Of a DNA stretch of 64,000 nucleotides, positions 18,403 to 26,906 are shown piece after piece. The notes under the pieces were generated by a model, which was given only the letters and a program-made list of their open reading frames with translations, was not told where the DNA came from and ran no database searches. The stretch comes from Candidatus Saganbacteria bacterium (lineage in GTDB: Bacteria; Margulisbacteria; WOR-1; O2-12-FULL-45-9). A program made the translations under genes and the position numbers. The DNA is taken from positions 66,114 through 130,113 of the forward strand of contig JAFGDE010000009.1 in NCBI GenBank assembly GCA_016932255.1. Direction: 5' to 3'. How positions within the stretch are numbered: position 1 is the stretch's first letter; each line of letters begins with the position of its first letter.

Positions 18403-19398
18403 TCATTGCGCCTGCACCGCGGTGATGGCCACCACGTTGACTATGTCGTCAATGGAACAGCCGCGGGAGAGGTCGTTGACCGGCTTGGCCTCGCCCTGGA
18501 AAATCGGGCCAAAGGCCCGGGCGTGGGCCAGCCGCTCTGTCAGCTTGTAACCGATATTGCCGGCGTCCAGATCAGGGAAGATCAGGACGTTGGCGTGGCC
18601 GGCCACATTGCTTCTGGGCGCTTTACGCTGGGCGACCTTGGGCACAATGGCCGCGTCCAGCTGCAGTTCGCCGTCAATGGAAAGGTCTGGCCGCTTTTGC
18701 TGGGCCAGCTCGGTCGCCTTGATCACTTTATCAACGTCAGGGTGCTCGGCCGATGTTTTAGTCGAAAATGACAGCATAGCGACCCGCGGTTCCTTGCCGA
18801 TCAGTTTTTTATATGATTCCGCGGTCTGGATGGCAATGTCCGCCAATTGCTCGGAATTCGGGTTGGGCACCACGCCGCAATCGGCGTAGAAGAGAATGCC
18901 ATCCTCGACAAATGTGCGCTCGTTCAGGATCATGACAAAAAAGCTGGAGATGATCGACTGGCCCGCGGCCTTGCCGATACAGTTGACCGTGGCCTTGATC
19001 GTGTCCGCGGTGAAATGGGTCGCGCCCGAAACAAGACCGTCAGCCTCACCCTGGCTGACCATCATGGCGCCGAAGTAGGGGTAGTCATCCGATAAAAGAT
19101 TGCGGGCCATTTCAATGGTCATGCCTTTGTGGCTGCGCTTGTCCTTGAGTACCTGGGTGAACTTGTCCAGCTTCTCGTGGTCCCGGGGATAGATGATCTT
19201 AACGCCGGACAGGTCGATATCGTTCTGCTGGGCCAGGGAATTGATCTGCTCGTTCTGGCCGACCAGCACGATCCTGGCCAGTTTGCTTTTAGTGATGAGC
19301 TCAGTTGCCTTGAGCACCCGGATGTCGTCAGTTTCCGGCAGGACGATGGTCTTGTTCAGTCGTTTTGCCTTATTCCATATCTCTTGGATGAAGTCCAT
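18403..19398 (-). CDS. pta: phosphate acetyltransferase
   Basis: 331 aa. IVLPE..D.RVL N-terminus and the C-terminal SRGCSIDDIVN segment are typical of Pta. Confidence 0.9.
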   Translation of the reverse strand: MDFIQEIWNKAKRLNKTIVLPETDDIRVLKATELITKSKLARIVLVGQNEQINSLAQQNDIDLSGVKIIYPRDHEKLDKFTQVLKDKRSHKGMTIEMARNLLSDDYPYFGAMMVSQGEADGLVSGATHFTADTIKATVNCIGKAAGQSIISSFFVMILNERTFVEDGILFYADCGVVPNPNSEQLADIAIQTAESYKKLIGKEPRVAMLSFSTKTSAEHPDVDKVIKATELAQQKRPDLSIDGELQLDAAIVPKVAQRKAPRSNVAGHANVLIFPDLDAGNIGYKLTERLAHARAFGPIFQGEAKPVNDLSRGCSIDDIVNVVAITAVQAQ

Positions 19399-19406
19399 AT
19401 TATTTA

Positions 19407-19462
19407 CCAGTAGCCAGTAGACAGTACCTGCCTGCCGGTCAGGCAGGGCCTATAGCCAGTTT
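19407..19462. repeat. 7-nt-periodic tract (CCAGTAG CCAGTAG ACAGTAC …CCTATAG CCAGTTT) with the palindromic element embedded
   Basis: Read directly from the sequence. It shares the 11-mer GTAGCCAGTAG with the 18367-18401 repeat. Confidence 0.6.
19427..19447. repeat. palindromic element CCTGCCTG-CCGGT-CAGGCAGG (intergenic copy)
   Basis: 8-bp stem with a 5-nt loop. The 22-mer aCCTGCCTGCCGGTCAGGCAGG is identical to the copy at 45302-45323. Confidence 0.75.
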
Positions 19463-19476
19463 GAAATATAGCATGT

Positions 19477-20127
19477 TTAGTTTAGCTGCGCAATCAGGGC
19501 CTCGAGCTCCTTTTGCGAGCTGATGTTCCTCTCCTTGAGCAGGGGAAGGAACCTGGTCCAGACCTGGAAAAGCAGTTCCACGTCGCCCATGGCCCGGTGC
19601 AGGTTGGCGCTTTTAAGCCCGAAGTGAGCGGCCACGGTACGCAGTTTATAATTGGCCAGGCCAGGGAGCAGATGCCGGGCCAGTTTGACCGTGCAGAGGA
19701 CCGGGTTGTCAATGGCCGGCTGGTTGGTCCGCCTGAGCATTTCCCTGACAAAGGTCGAATCAAAATCAGCGTTATGCGCGATGAGCAGGCGCGGGCCGGC
19801 GAAACTGACAAAGAGCGGCAAGACCTGCTCGATGGGCGGGGCGTCGGCCACCATCTCCGTATCGATGCCGGTCAGCCGGGTGATCTCCAGCGTGATCTGG
19901 CCGCGCGGCTTGACCAGCGAGCTGAACATATCCTCGATCTGGTCGCCCTTGACCTTGAGCGCGCCGATCTCAGTTATCTCATGCAGTGCCGGCTCAAGTC
20001 CGGTCGTCTCCAGGTCAAAGATGACCGCTTCGATGGTCTCGACGCTGCGGCCGCGGGCGCGGGAGAGGAACTTATATTCTTTTTCCAGTTCCTGGAATTG
20101 TTTGTCCTTGAACAGGTCGGCGCTCAT
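19477..20127 (-). CDS. 3'-5' exonuclease, DnaQ/DNA polymerase III epsilon-like
   Basis: 216 aa. Exo I FDLETTG, Exo II IAHNADFD and Exo III H....D segments. Confidence 0.8.
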   Translation of the reverse strand: MSADLFKDKQFQELEKEYKFLSRARGRSVETIEAVIFDLETTGLEPALHEITEIGALKVKGDQIEDMFSSLVKPRGQITLEITRLTGIDTEMVADAPPIEQVLPLFVSFAGPRLLIAHNADFDSTFVREMLRRTNQPAIDNPVLCTVKLARHLLPGLANYKLRTVAAHFGLKSANLHRAMGDVELLFQVWTRFLPLLKERNISSQKELEALIAQLN

Positions 20128-21065
20128 ATCTTGATCAGCTCATACTTTCTCGAACCCAGGTCGATCGATTCAGCGTGCTTGAGCTGGATGCTCCAATCAG
20201 CCTCTGGCCAGATGGTCCGGAATTTGTCAGGGCCTTTGATCCGGCCTTCGCTTTGGTTGACCAGGTCAACGCAGGCCTGGTCCAGGGCTACGGGATCGAA
20301 AGAGGCCAGGATGCCGATATCAGGCACGATCGGCGCTGAATTGTGGGCGTAGCAATCGCAGTTCTCCGAAACGTCGGTGATAAAACTGATAAAGCCGATC
20401 TTGCTTTTGAACTGTGCGGCAATACCGGCCGCGTATTCCGCGATCTTCTGCTGGACCAGCGGGGACGAACCGACCCAGCAGGATTCAAGCGTCTGGTTCT
20501 TTTTACAGGTCTTGACCTCAGGGCAATTGGGGCAATCCTGGTGCATCTTGAGCTTGCCCAGCTTGCTGCCGAGCCCCATGCCCAGGTTCTTTAAGGCGCC
20601 GCCAAAGCCGGTCAGTTCATGGCCTTTAAAATGCGTGATCACCAGCATGGCCTGGACCAGCGCCCGGGGCGCGACATGGATCTTGTTGCAGAGCGGGTAA
20701 TTGACCGAAATGGCCAGTCCGCGGACGTTGTCCGGATCATCGGCGATGATCACGTCAGCACCTGTCCGGTTCATGGTATAGCCATGATTATGCGCGGTCT
20801 GCAGGTGGGACTCGTTGTTGCTGCGCTTGCCTTTGTACAGTGTATTAGCGTCGGTCCAGAACGGTTTGCCGCCAAGGTCTCTGACTTTCCTAACCAGAGG
20901 TTTGACCCGTTCGGGTTTGATATAGGCATGATTGCCCGGTTCGCCAAAGTGTATCTTGAGCGCGACCTGGTCGCCTTTAGAGATAAGCGTTCGTAGACTT
21001 GCCCGGTCGAACAATTCGGCCGCCTGGTCCAGTTCCTTGGTGAAGAAAACTTTACTTGCCATCAA
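20124..21065 (-). CDS. DUF362 domain-containing protein
   Basis: 313 aa. KIHFGEPGN...FWTDANTLYKG...H and Cys-rich middle and C-terminal parts, as in DUF362 proteins. Confidence 0.7.
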   Translation of the reverse strand: MMASKVFFTKELDQAAELFDRASLRTLISKGDQVALKIHFGEPGNHAYIKPERVKPLVRKVRDLGGKPFWTDANTLYKGKRSNNESHLQTAHNHGYTMNRTGADVIIADDPDNVRGLAISVNYPLCNKIHVAPRALVQAMLVITHFKGHELTGFGGALKNLGMGLGSKLGKLKMHQDCPNCPEVKTCKKNQTLESCWVGSSPLVQQKIAEYAAGIAAQFKSKIGFISFITDVSENCDCYAHNSAPIVPDIGILASFDPVALDQACVDLVNQSEGRIKGPDKFRTIWPEADWSIQLKHAESIDLGSRKYELIKI

Positions 21066-21071
21066 TTACTA

Positions 21072-21710
21072 TTATAAGTTGTCTGTCAACTCGGCGACTT
21101 TTCTGTGGTACTCGAGCGCGTGCTTGACTTCCTGCATGTCCTGCCAGGTCAGCCATTTAGGCGATCCCTTGGCCTTGGACTGGTTGCGCAGGAGGTAAGA
21201 AGGGTGGAAGACCGGCAGGACGGCGATGTCCGTTCCAGGCAGTTTGGTCCACTTGCCGCGCAGCTTGCCCATGGGCTCATCGCTCTTCAGGACCTGTTTG
21301 CAGGCAGGCGAGCCTGCCAGCAGGATGATCTTTGGTTTAATGAACTTGATCTGGGCCTCAAGGTACGGCCAGCAGGCTTCCTGTTCTTTGGCCGAAGGCG
21401 TGCGGTTATTGGGCGGCCGGCATTTCAAGGTATTGGCGATATAGATGTCATCCGGCCGTTTGATGTCGATCGAGGCCAGGATCTTGGTCAGCAGCTGGCC
21501 GGCCCGGCCGACAAAGGGCAGGCCTTGAGCGTCCTCATCTGCGCCTGGTGCTTCTCCGATCAGCATCAGGTCACAGGGCACCGGCCCCTGGCCGAAGACC
21601 ACCTTGTTGCGGGTCTTGGCCAGCGGGCATTTCTGGCATTTTTCAGCCAGTGACTTGACCTCATCATAGGTCATTGACAGCAGATCAGGCTCTTTATTGA
21701 ATAAGTCCAT
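21072..21710 (-). CDS. uracil-DNA glycosylase, family 4
   Basis: 212 aa. CQKCPL Fe-S motif, GEAPGADEDAQGLPFVGRAG and HPSYLLR are typical of family-4 UDG. Confidence 0.88.
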   Translation of the reverse strand: MDLFNKEPDLLSMTYDEVKSLAEKCQKCPLAKTRNKVVFGQGPVPCDLMLIGEAPGADEDAQGLPFVGRAGQLLTKILASIDIKRPDDIYIANTLKCRPPNNRTPSAKEQEACWPYLEAQIKFIKPKIILLAGSPACKQVLKSDEPMGKLRGKWTKLPGTDIAVLPVFHPSYLLRNQSKAKGSPKWLTWQDMQEVKHALEYHRKVAELTDNL

Positions 21711-21892
21711 AATTGGATTTTAGCAATAATATAATGAAAATACAATTATTTAAGTATTTCTTTTACCGCAAGGAATAGTCCATCAAAAAAAGCTTGATTA
21801 TTTCCAGACTTATATTATACTTTATAATGTTGAGTGTTTTTTTTGCCATCCTACTTCGTATCAGATTTATTTTATGAAAGGGAGGAAGTAAA

Positions 21893-23389
21893 ATGCGTGT
21901 AGCCCGTTCTGTCCTTGTCTGCCTGGTCCTGTGCCTGTCCGTTTTTCTGTCCTTTGGCTGCGGTTCCGGTGGTGGCGGTGGTACGCCGACGACCACGACA
22001 ACTGTTACGACCACGACCACAGTCACATCCACTTCGACCGTGACCAGTACTACGGCCGCGGGCAGCACCAGCACCACATCGACCACCACCACTACGCTAA
22101 AAGTTTCAGCTCCGACCTTTGGTACGGCGTCAGGCTCTTACGAGGCCTCAGCTGTATCGGTGACGATCTCCTGTGCCACGGCCGGGTCCAGCATCTACTA
22201 CACGACAAATGGCAGCAACCCGACCACCTCTTCGACCCCTTATACCGGGGCGTTCGATCTTAATTCTTCAAAAGCACTCAAAGCTATTGCGGTCAAGTCG
22301 GGCATGGCCAACAGCGATATCTCCAGCGCCTGGTATGATGTTTACTGGTGGCAGCCGGTCGGCACCCTTGACAACACTGTTGAAGCGCTGGCCATGACGG
22401 ATACCGGTGTAATAGCCGGCGGACATTTCACAGGCTATGCGGCGCAATGGACAGGCAGCGCGTGGAGTCCTCCGCCGTCAGCCTTTAACGGGCCGGTCAA
22501 TGTCATTGTTGTGAACCCTGCTGACAGCAGGATCTATGTCGGCGGCAACTTCACCACCCCGGGTAATTATATTGTAAGCAGTGACGGCCCAACTTTTTAT
22601 GACTTGGCCAGCGGTGTAAACGCTGAAGTCTTAAGCCTGGCGGTCGACGGCTCAGGCAATGTTTACACAGGCGGCAAATTTACGACTGCTTCGGGTGTAT
22701 CCAGTGCCCGTGTGGTCATGTGGAATCGCAGCGGGACAAGCTGGGAGGCGCTGCAGGGGGGCACAACTAATACTGTGTATGCATTGGCTTATGATACCGA
22801 CGACGACCTTCTCTATGCTGGAGGCACGTTCAGCAAAGCTGGCGATGTTACAGCTAATAAAATAGCTGTTTGGAAAGCAGCTGTAGCTACACCGACATGG
22901 GAAGCTATCCCTAATGATCTAATGTATAACGGGGCGAGCGGCCCGGTCATGGCTTTGCTGGTCCATTCAGGAGGGGATTTACTTGTTGGTGGTACGTTCA
23001 ATCAAGTCGGTGTAGGGGGAAGCCCTGTTACTGCGCATAATATAGCTTATTATGATCCTGGTGGTGGTACCTGGAACGGGTTTGGCACAGGCGTAGATAA
23101 CACTGTCAGGGTGATCGCCCAATCGTATACCAAAAGCTATGGCGGCGATAATATACTTATAGGCGGCGACTTTATCCAGGCAAATGGGACGGATGCTGCT
23201 TATCGTATTGCCAGGTCAAGCCTGGGCGGCGGTCAGACCTGGACCCAGCTTTATAACGGGGTCGCTGGTTCGGCAACGGTCAAGGCGATTTGTATCGACC
23301 AGACTAACGGGGATATATATATTGGCGGCAGTTTTACTGAAGTGGGCGGTGTTGCCTGCAGTAACGTGGCCAAGTTCGGCAAGAAATAA
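21893..23389 (+). CDS. probable lipoprotein: Thr-rich linker + chitobiase/hexosaminidase-C-like domain + repeated GGxF beta-propeller
   Basis: 498 aa. Signal peptide ending ...FLSFGC, poly-Thr/Ser linker, SVTISCATAGSSIYYTTNGSNPT domain, then about 7 repeats of the y(v/i)GGxFt..g... type. It is a paralogue of 34347-35819. Confidence 0.7.
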   Translation: MRVARSVLVCLVLCLSVFLSFGCGSGGGGGTPTTTTTVTTTTTVTSTSTVTSTTAAGSTSTTSTTTTTLKVSAPTFGTASGSYEASAVSVTISCATAGSSIYYTTNGSNPTTSSTPYTGAFDLNSSKALKAIAVKSGMANSDISSAWYDVYWWQPVGTLDNTVEALAMTDTGVIAGGHFTGYAAQWTGSAWSPPPSAFNGPVNVIVVNPADSRIYVGGNFTTPGNYIVSSDGPTFYDLASGVNAEVLSLAVDGSGNVYTGGKFTTASGVSSARVVMWNRSGTSWEALQGGTTNTVYALAYDTDDDLLYAGGTFSKAGDVTANKIAVWKAAVATPTWEAIPNDLMYNGASGPVMALLVHSGGDLLVGGTFNQVGVGGSPVTAHNIAYYDPGGGTWNGFGTGVDNTVRVIAQSYTKSYGGDNILIGGDFIQANGTDAAYRIARSSLGGGQTWTQLYNGVAGSATVKAICIDQTNGDIYIGGSFTEVGGVACSNVAKFGKK

Positions 23390-23412
23390 TCGTCCAGACC
23401 CAAGCATCAAGA

Positions 23413-23439
23413 GGGGCGCCTTCGGGCGCCCTTTTTTTT
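23413..23439 (+). terminator. rho-independent terminator (GGGGCGCC-ttcg-GGCGCCC + T8)
   Basis: GC-rich stem, tetraloop and a T-run, read directly from the sequence 24 nt after the stop. Confidence 0.8.
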
Positions 23440-23541
23440 GCATATTTGCGCTTGCGCCAGGAATGAAATTTGTTCAAGATCTTGACGAAAAACATCTGTA
23501 ATATGTGATCCTGCGCTTCTTTTTAAGGGGGTCCAAAGCAA

Positions 23542-23988
23542 ATGAGCATTATCAACCGCTGCCGTGCCGTGCTGCGGTCATTTGGCTCGACCAATATGAT
23601 CATTGACTGGCTGGCCCGGGGTAAACTGACCAGGCAGGAGCTTGTTAGATATGCCAGCCATGATAATATTGTGCTCCGTTTCCGCGTCTGGATGGAGCTC
23701 AACCGCAATCCGGAACTGCTGATCTCCCTGGCTAAAAAGCAGCTTCCTGCGGCCGGCCTGTTCAACAAGGACATTGCTGAACTTTTAAAGTCGAGTCAGG
23801 CCAAGCCGGCAACAGTCGCCCGGGTTATCTGCGCCTGTGTCGGCCGGGAGCTGAACGGAGCAAAGCTTGCCCAGGCCTTTGATGTGGTCAACTGCCATTC
23901 GATCCCTGACCAGGGGGATATCATGGGCGAGATCGGCTCGCGCAACCAGGAGCTTTTTCAACTGCTGCATAATAAACTTAACGCTTAG
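23542..23988 (+). CDS. hypothetical protein
   Basis: 148-aa ORF between a strong terminator and the next orphan gene. No family recognised. Confidence 0.45.
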   Translation: MSIINRCRAVLRSFGSTNMIIDWLARGKLTRQELVRYASHDNIVLRFRVWMELNRNPELLISLAKKQLPAAGLFNKDIAELLKSSQAKPATVARVICACVGRELNGAKLAQAFDVVNCHSIPDQGDIMGEIGSRNQELFQLLHNKLNA

Positions 23989-24013
23989 TTATTCCTGAAA
24001 TTTTACTGTTCTT

Positions 24014-24044
24014 ACGCAAGAAAGCCTCTTTTTATCACGATTAA
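24014..24044 (+). promoter_or_regulatory. variant copy of the ATGCAAGTT-N13-TACGATA motif (ACGCAAGAA-N13-CACGATTAA)
   Basis: Same 13-nt spacing and the GCAAG / ACGAT cores. It is intergenic and co-oriented with the 696-aa ORF. Confidence 0.4.
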
Positions 24045-24052
24045 TTTACTGT

Positions 24053-26143
24053 ATGGAAGGATCATGCATGATAAATGGCATCAGGTACAGTTCTCTTGCC
24101 AGAGAGACCTGTCTGGCTGAGGGCGGCCTGCCAATGCCTGAAGACCACCATGACGATCTGCTGCCGGTTGAAACCATGCCGGTCACAGCTCCTTTGCGGC
24201 TGATCTCAGAACACCCTGAGTGGCATGCGGTTATTGCCGCGGCCGGCTGTGAAATTGAGCCAGGCCGGGCCAGGGATGAATTGAATGTGCTGGCCCTGGA
24301 CTTTTTCGCCGCGGCTTACCTGGCCGGAAGGCCCGGCGCGCTGTCTGACTGGAACTCATTCACAGCGCTGCTCAACAGCTCGCCTGTTCAATCTCCGATA
24401 ACCACGTGTTTGATGCGTTTGGGCCGTTCTTATTTAAATACGTCCGACCACGGACTTTTCTTTGATCTGATAACAGCGCCCAATGGCCCGGAGCGCAGAA
24501 GCGCTGAACGGGCTTTGAACGGCCGCCTGGTCGAGCTGGTCAGAGAGGATATCAGCGAACAGAACGATTGGTCCAGCGCGACTGATCCAACGCCTGCGGG
24601 CAGGATCTTGTCAGCGTTGGAAGCTCTGTACGGCCCTCAATTATATGAAGAGGCCCTGGGCCGGGCGGTCAGGCCTCATCTGGCCGGCCTGATGCAGTTC
24701 TACGGCCAGGACCAATTGAGCCGGCTGATAGCCTTGCCTGAGAATGAGCTCGCCAATCTGATCGTAGACACAATAAGCCGGATGGAAACACTGCCGTTGG
24801 GTTCAGCTGCCCGCCGGGCGGTCTCAGACCGCTACTTTGACCTCTCGCTGGTCGCTCTGAGCCGGGGCGTTTCCCTGGAACTGATCCGTTTCAATGTTTT
24901 TGCCGAAGGGATCCCTGGCCTGGAAGAGGCGGATTACGTTGAGCTTTACTGGCTGGGTTATTATGCTGATTCTCCGGAGCACAATGATAATCTGGCCATG
25001 CGCCAGCGGTTCGCGGACCAATTTACCTATTTCAGCGGGCGGCTGTTGAGCGCTGAACCTGGGTCAGTTGAGCGAGGCGCTTATGACTCGGCGATATGCT
25101 ATATGTATACAATGGGCCGCAGTTATGGCTACAGCTGTGCTGAACTTGATGAATTATTTGAACGCGTCGCGGCTGAGCATGTGGTTGAGCTTGAACCTGA
25201 TGCCAGGCTGGAGAGCCTGGACGACCTTGATCTTTTTGAACCTACTACGGTTGGCCCGGAAGGGTTGCCGCCGGAAGTGCTCGAAATACTTGATGAGAAC
25301 GGACAACTTGGCCTAGTCATAAACAACTTGCGCGAGATCGTGCTAACACCTGAGATCGAAGAGGGCATGGACCTGACAGTACCGGACCATGGCGGTGAGG
25401 CGAACGCCGCGACCCGCAGCGTACAGATAGATTTCCTCACTCCTGAGGGAGAGCTGCTGCCTGCCTGGTATATCGCGTATGTTCTGGTGCATGAGGCTGC
25501 TCATGTTGCCTGGGGCAGGAATGTGCGGCCGCTGTTGCTGAACGTATTGCCTGACGAGCGGCAGGCGTTCCTGACCGGTGCGGCATTCTTGCAGAGCTAT
25601 TATAATAATAGAATAGCTGACGGCACGCTTGAGCCTGGTTCGGCTGAAGCTGAGTATATCCTCCAACTGGTCCAAAACGATCGTTTGGCCGGACAGGCCG
25701 CCAATCTGGTCCTGGGCTATCAGGAAGACGATCTTGATCCCTACCGGTTCGACCTGCCGTCACGATCATTGCTGCTTTCCCGCGGACTGAACCGGGCCAG
25801 CGATCTGAACATGTCGGTCTATCCGACCAACCAGGCCATGAGCAATGTGCTAGAGGACCTTGACCGGATCACTGCTGCGCTTGATCTGCCGGAAGAAGAA
25901 CGCGCAGCAGTGTATGATCTTTTTTCGCGGATCATCTGGCAGGATGAGGTGGTCAGGGGGGTCTTCAGCGAAGCGGAGCCGGGCAGCGACCTGGCGTTGC
26001 TTGATCTGGCCTATGATGCGGTCGACCGCTTATTTCATGAGCGGTCTGAGATGCCTGACCATGAAATATATTGTACTTCAGTTGACCTGCTGCAGCTTTT
26101 AACCCGTGTTTACCTGCATCTGGAAAGCGGGATAGACGCCTGA
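24053..26143 (+). CDS. hypothetical protein with a single HExxH motif (possible zinc metallopeptidase-like)
   Basis: 696-aa ORF. VLVHEAAHVAW lies at nt 25490-25504. No TM or signal peptide. An alternative start is the ATG at 24068, after GGAAGGA. Confidence 0.6.
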   Translation: MEGSCMINGIRYSSLARETCLAEGGLPMPEDHHDDLLPVETMPVTAPLRLISEHPEWHAVIAAAGCEIEPGRARDELNVLALDFFAAAYLAGRPGALSDWNSFTALLNSSPVQSPITTCLMRLGRSYLNTSDHGLFFDLITAPNGPERRSAERALNGRLVELVREDISEQNDWSSATDPTPAGRILSALEALYGPQLYEEALGRAVRPHLAGLMQFYGQDQLSRLIALPENELANLIVDTISRMETLPLGSAARRAVSDRYFDLSLVALSRGVSLELIRFNVFAEGIPGLEEADYVELYWLGYYADSPEHNDNLAMRQRFADQFTYFSGRLLSAEPGSVERGAYDSAICYMYTMGRSYGYSCAELDELFERVAAEHVVELEPDARLESLDDLDLFEPTTVGPEGLPPEVLEILDENGQLGLVINNLREIVLTPEIEEGMDLTVPDHGGEANAATRSVQIDFLTPEGELLPAWYIAYVLVHEAAHVAWGRNVRPLLLNVLPDERQAFLTGAAFLQSYYNNRIADGTLEPGSAEAEYILQLVQNDRLAGQAANLVLGYQEDDLDPYRFDLPSRSLLLSRGLNRASDLNMSVYPTNQAMSNVLEDLDRITAALDLPEEERAAVYDLFSRIIWQDEVVRGVFSEAEPGSDLALLDLAYDAVDRLFHERSEMPDHEIYCTSVDLLQLLTRVYLHLESGIDA

Positions 26144-26165
26144 TCTGCCGGCCGGCCTGAAATTG

Positions 26166-26747
26166 TCAGTGCCTGTCTGAGTCAAACGCTTTCCATTCGG
26201 CAACGGTCGAGAAGATCATCTGGGCCGCGTAGCGGGGCATTGTTCTGCTTTTAATGACCTCGCCGACCAGCAGGGCTACATGATCGATCCTGCCGTCCCG
26301 GTCAATAAAATCCCGCAGGTCATTGAAAAATACCGCGCTGACCAGCTTGTCGCAGAGCGGCAGCGGGTCGCCCTGTTTGTCAATATCTATTCCCCGGCTG
26401 GTCAGCAGGCCGGCCAGGCTTTTGATGCTGGTCGGCATGGCGCCGTGTTTGCAAAAACCGCAATACGGGTCCAGGGTGATGATGTTCTCAGCGCTGTGCG
26501 TTTCGATCACGCCGATGCCTTTCACGGTCGGAAAGATTACCTCCGCCGGAATGATGCGCTCCGAGTCGCGCTGGCCCGAGGTGATCTGGATGTTCAACCC
26601 GCCGTTGCGCTTTTTCACTCGCAGGCGCATAGGGGCCTTGGTTTCGTCCGCGGCAAGGAAATGCGCCACATAACGGGTCTGCCTGAACATGAAAGTGGTA
26701 AAACGCGGCGGTATCTGAGCGCCGCTCGTTTTGTATGACAAGCTCAT
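26166..26747 (-). CDS. hypothetical protein
   Basis: 193-aa ORF convergent with the 696-aa gene. No family recognised. Confidence 0.45.
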   Translation of the reverse strand: MSLSYKTSGAQIPPRFTTFMFRQTRYVAHFLAADETKAPMRLRVKKRNGGLNIQITSGQRDSERIIPAEVIFPTVKGIGVIETHSAENIITLDPYCGFCKHGAMPTSIKSLAGLLTSRGIDIDKQGDPLPLCDKLVSAVFFNDLRDFIDRDGRIDHVALLVGEVIKSRTMPRYAAQMIFSTVAEWKAFDSDRH

Positions 26748-26906
26748 GATAATATATCAGGTAAAACTGCTGAATATTTCAGTTGAACTGCCAATTGAAT
26801 TAAAATAATGAACCCTTCTTTTGTTTAAATCGCTGGATCGGGCCGGGTTGTAAGCTGGCTTTAACTCCAAAGTTAAGTTATGTATAATGGGCCGGGAGAT
26901 GATTTT

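Noticed and set aside
19513-20352. Long ORFs antisense to well-supported genes (for example 7-402, 393-902, 14133-14762, 19513-20352, 27471-28124, 33947-34645, 37251-38141, 47261-48001, 49837-50703, 53562-54281, 56991-57764, 61567-62577)
   Set aside because: Each lies opposite a gene with clear family motifs or a better-supported frame. Their translations are Arg/Pro/Gly-rich, as is typical of antisense frames in GC-rich DNA.
21763-22092. 109-aa minus-strand ORF with poly-Val runs
   Set aside because: It is the antisense reading of the Thr-rich (ACN) linker of the lipoprotein gene at 21893 and extends into its promoter region. It is an artefact.
26748-26800. Possible degenerate copy of the regulon motif upstream of the minus-strand gene 26166-26747 (AGCAGTT-ttacctgatatat-TATCATGA)
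   Set aside because: The upstream box lacks an A, and the downstream box overlaps the annotated ATG itself. The match is too weak to call.
26880-26906. Track start of the transglutaminase-like ORF at 26880
   Set aside because: The ATG TAT AAT there is itself a TGtATAAT -10-like box. The ATG at 26907 follows GGGAG and begins a proper lipoprotein signal peptide.
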